The notes below the pieces were generated by a model. The model saw nothing but the letters and a program-made list of their open reading frames with translations. It did not search any database and was not told where the DNA came from. From a virus (Duplodnaviria > Caudoviricetes), in IMG/VR virus record IMGVR_UViG_3300020247_000014, positions 1 to 24,619 of that record: a stretch of DNA of 24,619 bases; one strand, 5' to 3'. Shown here one piece after another: positions 20,217 to 24,619 of this stretch (the first letter of the stretch is position 1; every line of letters begins with the position of its first letter). Made by a program: the position numbers and the translations under genes.

Positions 20217-21047
20217 TTAAATAATCCGAGTTTTTTCATGTCCGACACGAATTCGAGGGTCGCACCAGATTTCATAACCAGCCTCTTTGGCATCGAGACA
20301 GAACGAGACATCTTCGCCACACATATCCTGTACTTGACCAGACTCAAAGACCTGCATCTTTGGAGCAAACCAAGGATAAGGCATTCTCTTCTTACCGTTC
20401 TCATCAAAGTCCTCAAAGACTCCCTTCTGTATCAGTAACCAACCGAATCCTGCATAATCCACAGTGAACGGTTTCTTTCTCTTCTGTATAGTATCGAGTG
20501 TTTCATGATTCATCACTCCACCATTGTTTGAGAAATCTTCCTCATCTAACCAGTGAGCAACTGATGTAGTACGACCATCTTCAGTACAATACCAACCAGA
20601 TACAATTGGTCTGATCTTTGAACTATCTACAACAACTTGCTTGTCATTATAAGTAACTGCTTCACTTGGAACTGAGTTAAGGACTAACTGATAGAACTTC
20701 TCTGTCGAGAAAACAATATCAGAATCGATCCATAACTGCCAGTCATACTCAAGTTTACCATCCCAAGGTAATTGATCAGGGCCTCTGAGAACATTTGCTC
20801 CTAGACACTTACATCTTGCAAAGTTTACCATTGAAGAGTAATCCTGAGATATCTGTATACCTCCACCTGCTTGTACAATATCAAAACATAATTGTACGAA
20901 GTTCTTCAAGTAAGTATATGAAACACCTCTACCGGGCAAACAAAATACTATTTTCTTTCCTCTTATTAACTGCTTTGCTAATTCATAATCCCATTCAGGT
21001 TCTTGTTGAACAGGTTGTTTGGCTTTCACCTTAAATCCTTTGGCCAT
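20217..21047 (-). CDS. GT-A fold (GT2-like) glycosyltransferase-like protein
   Basis: DxD motif in YDWQLWIDSDIVF, VDYAGFGWLLI, catalytic-base-like CGEDVSFC, and GYEIWCDPRIRVGHEK. Start moved to MAKGF (21047) because the ORF-track start at 21065 sits at the predicted transcription start. Confidence 0.75.
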   Translation of the reverse strand: MAKGFKVKAKQPVQQEPEWDYELAKQLIRGKKIVFCLPGRGVSYTYLKNFVQLCFDIVQAGGGIQISQDYSSMVNFARCKCLGANVLRGPDQLPWDGKLEYDWQLWIDSDIVFSTEKFYQLVLNSVPSEAVTYNDKQVVVDSSKIRPIVSGWYCTEDGRTTSVAHWLDEEDFSNNGGVMNHETLDTIQKRKKPFTVDYAGFGWLLIQKGVFEDFDENGKKRMPYPWFAPKMQVFESGQVQDMCGEDVSFCLDAKEAGYEIWCDPRIRVGHEKTRII

Positions 21048-21069
21048 AATTGATTCAATGTACACATAT

Positions 21070-21098
21070 ATTGTAACTCACAGATATCTATATGTCAA
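21070..21098 (-). promoter_or_regulatory. Sigma70-type promoter TTGACA-N17-TACAAT with a nested late-like TATAGATA (21085-21092)
   Basis: Perfect -35 (21093-21098), 17-nt spacer, -10 TACAAT (21070-21075), in the gap upstream of the glycosyltransferase. Confidence 0.8.
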
Positions 21099-21122
21099 TA
21101 AGCAAATCTCTATGGGCGGTTT

Positions 21123-21299
21123 TTACTCCTCTTCGGTTTCTTCCATTACTACACTATCGTCATCTATCTTCCAATTTAACTTTGTATCTTCGTACCAACC
21201 CATTTCGTTTATAATCCATTCCGGTATAATCGCACAGTATTCACCTGTCGAAACATCAACCTGTATAGAAGTAATTTGGCCACCGGAATTTTTTTGCAT
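21123..21299 (-). CDS. AbrB/MazE/SpoVT-like swapped-hairpin DNA-binding protein (58 aa)
   Basis: MQKNSGGQITSIQVDVSTGEYCAIIPEWIINEMGWYEDTKLNWKIDDDSVVMEETEEE fits the G-x-x-h-x-IP-x-x-h-x-x-x-hGW-x-x-x-x-x-h-x-h pattern. The longer ORF-track start runs through the structured junction. Confidence 0.65.
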   Translation of the reverse strand: MQKNSGGQITSIQVDVSTGEYCAIIPEWIINEMGWYEDTKLNWKIDDDSVVMEETEEE

Positions 21300-21417
21300 A
21301 TAATAAAATCCTGTCATCGTTTTTATATAGCGAAAAAAAAATTTACAATGAGTGTAATAGTTGTCTCGCTTTCGTAACACTTTATAGATTGGGAGTCCCA
21401 TGCGTTTTTATAAACCG

Positions 21418-21435
21418 CCCCCCATAAACGGGGGG
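21418..21435 (-). terminator. GC hairpin, probable terminator closing the early cassette array
   Basis: CCCCCC-N6-GGGGGG, 26 nt past the stop at 21462, followed on the minus strand by CGGTTTAT (weak U tract). Confidence 0.6.
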
Positions 21436-21461
21436 ACTGGCTGTGTCACGAACGAATGACC

Positions 21462-21716
21462 CTATGCGAAGATGGGGTCTGCGTACTTACTGCAAGGGTG
21501 TGGATTCTCTGGTGAGCAACCAAAGGAAGCAATGAATGTATCTAACTCCTTTACATCCTGTGGGGTCAAGTCGTCAAAGTCAACTGTTGCGATGTGGTCA
21601 ACTCCCCACTCTGCAACTTCAAATACGAACTCTTCCCAGTCACAGCATACATGTGCCACGTTTTCAAAACTATCACTCTTAAGTATTCTGTCTGCGATTG
21701 CTTTTGCTTTGTTCAT
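21462..21716 (-). CDS. Early hypothetical protein (84 aa, acidic, Cys-containing)
   Basis: MNKAKAIADRILKSDSFENVAHVCCDWEEF...; ATG 21716 follows the AAAGGAG-TCCCCCCT leader. The ORF-track extension covers the promoter. Confidence 0.8.
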   Translation of the reverse strand: MNKAKAIADRILKSDSFENVAHVCCDWEEFVFEVAEWGVDHIATVDFDDLTPQDVKELDTFIASFGCSPENPHPCSKYADPIFA

Positions 21717-21778
21717 AGGGGGGACTCCTTTGTGTATGTACTTATTATAAAAGAGATGCTCACGGATTGCGAGCATCT
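21717..21778 (-). promoter_or_regulatory. Early cassette 1: hairpin + TATAAT + C-tract leader
   Basis: Minus strand AGATGCTCGC-AATCC-GTGAGCATCT (21754-21778), CTTT, TATAAT (21744-21749), AAGTACATACACAAAGGAGTCCCCCCT-ATG. Confidence 0.8.
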
Positions 21779-21794
21779 GAAACAATTGTTTATA

Positions 21795-22040
21795 TTACCA
21801 GACTTCTGTTGGTGTGGTGATCCTTTGAATTAATTCATCCATTTCTTTTTGGTCTGCCTCTCCGTAGTCTGCTCCGTCTGGTGTAGAATGAAAACCGCAC
21901 ATCACCTGCATTTGAAATAAAAATTCGTTGTAGTCTTTACACTCTGCTGCTACGTTGTAAATTGCGGGTTCGTTGTTAATCCACAAGGCACAGTTCCAAG
22001 TAGTGTAGTCTGTCCATCCGTTGTAAGTTTGATTTGTCAT
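21795..22040 (-). CDS. Early hypothetical protein, YNGWxxYxTWNxALW family (81 aa)
   Basis: MTNQTYNGWTDYTTWNCALWINNE...TPDG is a recurrent phage motif; it has its own cassette leader. Confidence 0.85.
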   Translation of the reverse strand: MTNQTYNGWTDYTTWNCALWINNEPAIYNVAAECKDYNEFLFQMQVMCGFHSTPDGADYGEADQKEMDELIQRITTPTEVW

Positions 22041-22074
22041 AGGGGGGAAATCCTTTGTGTATACATCTATTATA
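22041..22074 (-). promoter_or_regulatory. Early cassette 2: TATAAT + C-tract leader
   Basis: TATAAT (22069-22074) AGATGTATACACAAAGGATTTCCCCCCT-ATG; only a weak ACGC/GCGT inverted repeat upstream. Confidence 0.75.
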
Positions 22075-22082
22075 ACGCATTA

Positions 22083-23006
22083 CTAACTGTGAGCGTGGAA
22101 GTTAACAAAACTGAAACATTGGCGGTCTACCAGTTTATAAGTACCGAACCCATTATCAAATACAAATCCCTCTGGGGGTACATAATCCCATTCATACATG
22201 GTACGAATGGTAGCTTCATGGCAGCAACTGGACAACATTTGGTGCTTCATATCATTTACTAACAACCATAAACGGATAAGGTTAATATCACATAGATCCG
22301 TGAACTCTTCGGGTATTACCTCTCTCTGTTCACGTATACACGCATTAAGTGCTTTCTTTATCTTTGCTGCCTCTCTTTTGCTGGCAAACTTAACCAGTTG
22401 GGCCATTTGCTTTGCAAAGTTTACTTTCTCTTGAATATAAAACCTTTCGCCCTCTTCATTATCCCAGTAGTCATACTCTGTATTAACGAACGCTTTCGGT
22501 TGAATAAATTCACAATACATGGTAGACTGAAGCTGCCCATGCTTTAGGGGTACTGGTGCTGTGTCTCTGATACTGTCATTCCAATCCCCAACATGTACCG
22601 TATGAGGAGCCACTATGATATTGGCCATAATGGGTTCGTCAAATTCATACGTTAGAACATTTGGTGTAACTTCTTTCTCACCGCCATAACCCATAAAGTC
22701 ACCTTGATAGATGGCTTCTGTCCGTGGTAGGAATCGGAAGCAATGAAAGAGAATGTCAAACAGTTCCCCTTCATAACCGAACTTCTCAAGGTCTTTGATC
22801 TCCTTTATAAGTTTTGGTGTTTTCTTATTAAATACGGACTTCGTACCAACAAAGAATTTACCGTCCTTTGGATCAGTTCCCCAAACAATGGCGGGTGATC
22901 CGTCAATCTTAAGTGATAAACGGCCAGGTGCTGTCATCCAATCAAGGGGATCTAAGTCCCCTGTTAAGATTGCGTCCTCTGGGTGATCTATATGAAGTAA
23001 TGGCAT
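22083..23006 (-). CDS. DUF6267-like protein, putative covalent nucleotidyltransferase (ligase-like fold), 307 aa
   Basis: HIDHPED, LKIDGSPAIVWG, FFVGTKSVFNK, YQGDF, PNVLTY, EGFV, YKLVDR..FS..NF. ATG 23006 has GGAGG upstream and directly follows the previous stop. Confidence 0.75.
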   Translation of the reverse strand: MPLLHIDHPEDAILTGDLDPLDWMTAPGRLSLKIDGSPAIVWGTDPKDGKFFVGTKSVFNKKTPKLIKEIKDLEKFGYEGELFDILFHCFRFLPRTEAIYQGDFMGYGGEKEVTPNVLTYEFDEPIMANIIVAPHTVHVGDWNDSIRDTAPVPLKHGQLQSTMYCEFIQPKAFVNTEYDYWDNEEGERFYIQEKVNFAKQMAQLVKFASKREAAKIKKALNACIREQREVIPEEFTDLCDINLIRLWLLVNDMKHQMLSSCCHEATIRTMYEWDYVPPEGFVFDNGFGTYKLVDRQCFSFVNFHAHS

Positions 23007-23007
23007 T

Positions 23008-23274
23008 TTATCTGACCTCCTGAAATGTAAACCACTTTTCAAGTATTTCCCTTACATGCTCTCTGTCTAGGGAATCACCGTCACCCCATTCCCAACGTGA
23101 TCCACTTGTAGAAACAAAGTTTAGGTAAACACGGACTGCTTCCTTTACGTCATCTTTTGTAAGTTTTAAACCAGTGATCTTACAACGCATTGGATAAATT
23201 GCGTCAAAGTCACCGTAGAAAGAGTAAACATAATCTATGAACTCTTGAAGTTTGACTACTGCACCTAGTTTCAT
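23008..23274 (-). CDS. Early hypothetical protein (88 aa)
   Basis: FIDYVYSFYG...YPM...WGDGDSLDREHVR; preceded by a cassette leader. Confidence 0.85.
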   Translation of the reverse strand: MKLGAVVKLQEFIDYVYSFYGDFDAIYPMRCKITGLKLTKDDVKEAVRVYLNFVSTSGSRWEWGDGDSLDREHVREILEKWFTFQEVR

Positions 23275-23316
23275 GATAAAGGGGGGATTGCTTTGTATAT
23301 CCTTATTATAAAGGAT
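23275..23316 (-). promoter_or_regulatory. Early cassette 3: TATAAT in the loop of a 6-bp inverted repeat + C-tract leader
   Basis: Minus strand ATCCTT-TATAAT-AAGGAT (23299-23316), then ATACAAAGCAATCCCCCCTTTATC-ATG. Confidence 0.75.
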
Positions 23317-23447
23317 TAGTTGGATTCTGTAAGTATCTTTTGATACTCTGAGTATGACAATATAATACCGTCAACTTCTACGTCATACGGATAAAATCCG
23401 AAGTGTTTGAAGTGGTCGTTTACATAATCTTCGATTAATTCTTTCAT
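23316..23447 (-). CDS. Small hypothetical protein (43 aa)
   Basis: Manual translation MKELIEDYVNDHFKHFGFYPYDVEVDGIILSYSEYQKILTESN*; AAATCCCCTT C-tract upstream. Confidence 0.7.
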   Translation of the reverse strand: MKELIEDYVNDHFKHFGFYPYDVEVDGIILSYSEYQKILTESN

Positions 23448-23449
23448 GT

Positions 23450-23518
23450 TCAAAATGTATAAGGGGATTTTGGTAAACAGAATAAAATGATTACAAGAAA
23501 GATGAAAAGTTCAGCCAT
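23450..23518 (-). CDS. Possible hydrophobic micro-protein (22 aa)
   Basis: MAELFIFLVIILFCLPKSPYTF*; ends 2 nt before the next ATG. It could instead be leader sequence. Confidence 0.4.
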   Translation of the reverse strand: MAELFIFLVIILFCLPKSPYTF

Positions 23519-23660
23519 TGGGTCTTAGAATGAATAAGGATTTTTCTACCTTGGAAAAGAATATGTAAGAATGGTTGGTATACTTTTTATAGAAACCCCA
23601 CTTCTTTTGACCAAAACGGGTAAGGGTAGACTTACCCGTAGTGTCTTTATATTTGATCAT
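23511..23660 (-). CDS. Possible basic micro-protein (49 aa)
   Basis: MIKYKDTTGKSTLTRFGQKKWGFYKKYTNHSYIFFSKVEKSLFILRPNG*. ATGA-coupled to the upstream gene but spans a terminator-like hairpin. Confidence 0.35.
   Translation of the reverse strand: MIKYKDTTGKSTLTRFGQKKWGFYKKYTNHSYIFFSKVEKSLFILRPNG
23613..23639 (-). terminator. Rho-independent terminator-like hairpin
   Basis: Minus strand ACGGGTAAG-TCTACC-CTTACCCGT-TTT: perfect 9-bp stem, 17 nt after the stop at 23657. Confidence 0.7.
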
Positions 23661-23833
23661 CGCATTAAGTCCTCAAATCTTTTCATTGCTAACTTTTCTA
23701 ATGCTATTTGAACGCCTTCATGGTTTTCTATCTCTGCAAACATTTCGGGTGTTAATTCGTTATGAGTGCAAAATTCTTCGGTTGCTTCTTCTAAGCAAGT
23801 TTCTAATATGCTTTCGTGATGTAGTGTTGACAT
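23657..23833 (-). CDS. Early acidic hypothetical protein (58 aa)
   Basis: Manual translation MSTLHHESILETCLEEATEEFCTHNELTPEMFAEIENHEGVQIALEKLAMKRFEDLMR*; AAAGGAG-TTCCCCCT leader. Confidence 0.85.
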   Translation of the reverse strand: MSTLHHESILETCLEEATEEFCTHNELTPEMFAEIENHEGVQIALEKLAMKRFEDLMR

Positions 23834-23920
23834 AGGGGGAACTCCTTTGTTTGTATATTAATATTATAATGCCCCACTCTGTCGAATGGGGCGGGTATGT
23901 GCCAGTAGTTTAACTGGCAC
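23834..23920 (-). promoter_or_regulatory. Early cassette 4: two inverted repeats + TATAAT + C-tract leader
   Basis: GTGCCAGT-N6-ACTGGCAC (23899-23920), GCCCCA-N10-TGGGGC (23871-23892), TATAAT (23863-23868), ATTAATATACAAACAAAGGAGTTCCCCCT-ATG. Confidence 0.8.
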
Positions 23921-24248
23921 TGGTGATCATGCCACCGCTTTGGAATGGGTGTATCATGTTGTTTAGTCTGTCTGACAAGAACCAAACCCAGTTTTTTTGG
24001 AATACACCAAAGCCTGGTGCGAACTCATCGCAAAGTGCATTGAGTCTGGATTTTGTGGTGTTAGATTGCCAACCACCGTCTAATAGAACTAAATCTCTGT
24101 CAACGTGTGAGTATGAGGCAATTTTGTTTCCGTGTAGGTAAACTGTAGAGTATAAACCTGCATCATCAGTAAAAACTGTGGTGTTAGAACCTGCCCAGTT
24201 TCTCTGTCCTCTGATTGCTGCGTTCATTTGCTTTTCAAGTTTTCTCAT
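23910..24248 (-). CDS. Early conserved phage hypothetical protein (112 aa)
   Basis: MRKLEKQMNAAI...NT.V...VYLHGNKIA...DGGWQSNTTKSRLNAL...GVFQKNWVWF; recognised as a recurrent phage family. Confidence 0.85.
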   Translation of the reverse strand: MRKLEKQMNAAIRGQRNWAGSNTTVFTDDAGLYSTVYLHGNKIASYSHVDRDLVLLDGGWQSNTTKSRLNALCDEFAPGFGVFQKNWVWFLSDRLNNMIHPFQSGGMITSAS

Positions 24249-24276
24249 AATAAAAGGGGGAATCGTTTGTTATGTT

Positions 24277-24343
24277 AGGGACTTACAGTTAGAGGTGGGA
24301 TTACTCTTGCTCTATTTCAGCACTACCACTTCAGGTTTGCCCT
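24277..24343 (-). ncRNA. Candidate structured 5'-leader RNA / mini-insertion
   Basis: Segment bounded by AGGG/CCCT, with internal hairpins, flanked by AACATA direct repeats, lying between TATAAT and the standard leader. Confidence 0.5.
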
Positions 24344-24351
24344 ATGTTCTA

Positions 24352-24399
24352 ATTATAGTGGAACGTGATATAAAAGGCGATGTACATTTTATACCACGT
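24352..24399 (-). promoter_or_regulatory. Early cassette 5: 13-bp hairpin + TATAAT
   Basis: Minus strand ACGTGGTATAAAA-N11-TTTTATATCACGT (24363-24399, one G-T pair), 5 nt, TATAAT (24352-24357). Confidence 0.75.
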
Positions 24400-24407
24400 A
24401 TCATTTG

Positions 24408-24554
24408 TTACTTGTCTTGAAGAATGCTTTCAAAAAGTTCATCATTCTCTTTACGTAACCTGGCTGTTTCAGCTCTGTAGTCAAGTTCTGTGGCGATTGC
24501 CATGCCTACTGTATAAAGTGCGTATGCACCACCGATAAGAATTAAAATTTCCAT
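24408..24554 (-). CDS. Small membrane-anchored hypothetical protein (48 aa)
   Basis: Manual translation MEILILIGGAYALYTVGMAIATELDYRAETARLRKENDELFESILQDK*: hydrophobic N-terminus and charged helical tail. Confidence 0.75.
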   Translation of the reverse strand: MEILILIGGAYALYTVGMAIATELDYRAETARLRKENDELFESILQDK

Positions 24555-24619
24555 AGTTTAAAAGTCGTTTAAAAGTGAGTTTCTGCGGATTGTGCCATTC
24601 TGTGATATAGTAACCCTTT

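Noticed and set aside
21048-23042. N-terminal extensions given by the ORF track (starts at 21065, 21401, 21785, 23042)
   Set aside because: They run through promoters, hairpins or upstream genes; downstream ATGs fit the leader or SD signals better.
24277-24343. c-di-GMP-I riboswitch (GGGCAAACC start), hammerhead (CUGA...GAAA), twister-type ribozyme or tRNA
   Set aside because: No GNRA-capped P2 followed by GACGCAAAG, no CUGANGA core with a proper stem II, and no T-loop GTTCRA or 7-bp acceptor stem. Kept only as an unclassified structured RNA.
21714-24357. CRISPR array or integron attC cassette array suggested by the recurring leaders
   Set aside because: Repeats are degenerate, hundreds of bp apart, separated by whole genes and centred on TATAAT; there are no cas or integrase genes and no consistent RYYYAAC/GTTRRRY ends.
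19072-24420. Plus-strand and nested ORFs over the accessory region (19576, 20238, 20795, 21019, 21472, 21594, 22029, 22198, 22795, 23641, 23923, 24178; minus 19072, 20210, 23803)
   Set aside because: They overlap better-supported minus-strand genes or promoters; all regulatory signals point leftward.
24558-24619. 3' end of a gene at the right edge
   Set aside because: All three minus-strand frames are open at the edge, so the frame cannot be assigned.

Overview
Window from an AT-rich T4-like marine cyanomyovirus (Kyanoviridae-type, P-SSM2-like gene order; a Prochlorococcus/Synechococcus host is inferred). All credible genes are on the minus strand. In transcription order (right to left) there are three zones. 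(1) About 21.4-24.6 kb is an array of short early-gene cassettes, each with a TATAAT box that lacks a canonical -35, an abutting inverted repeat and a shared CAAAGGA-N-CCCCC-ATG-type leader. It includes a DUF6267-like protein with RNA/DNA-ligase-type motifs and one leader carrying a 66-nt structured insert flanked by 6-bp direct repeats. (2) About 18.5-21.4 kb holds a structured junction, an AbrB/MazE-like gene, a GT-A glycosyltransferase-like gene, several micro-ORFs missed by the ORF track, a conserved 243-aa protein and speD. (3) 1-18.5 kb is the late baseplate module: gp25, gp6, a 4102-aa gp7-like protein, gp8 and the 5' part of a large DUF4815-like virion protein, with T4-type TATAAATA late promoters. 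No tRNA, rRNA, CRISPR array, transposase or integrase was seen. Family assignments come from motif recognition and memory, not from database searches.
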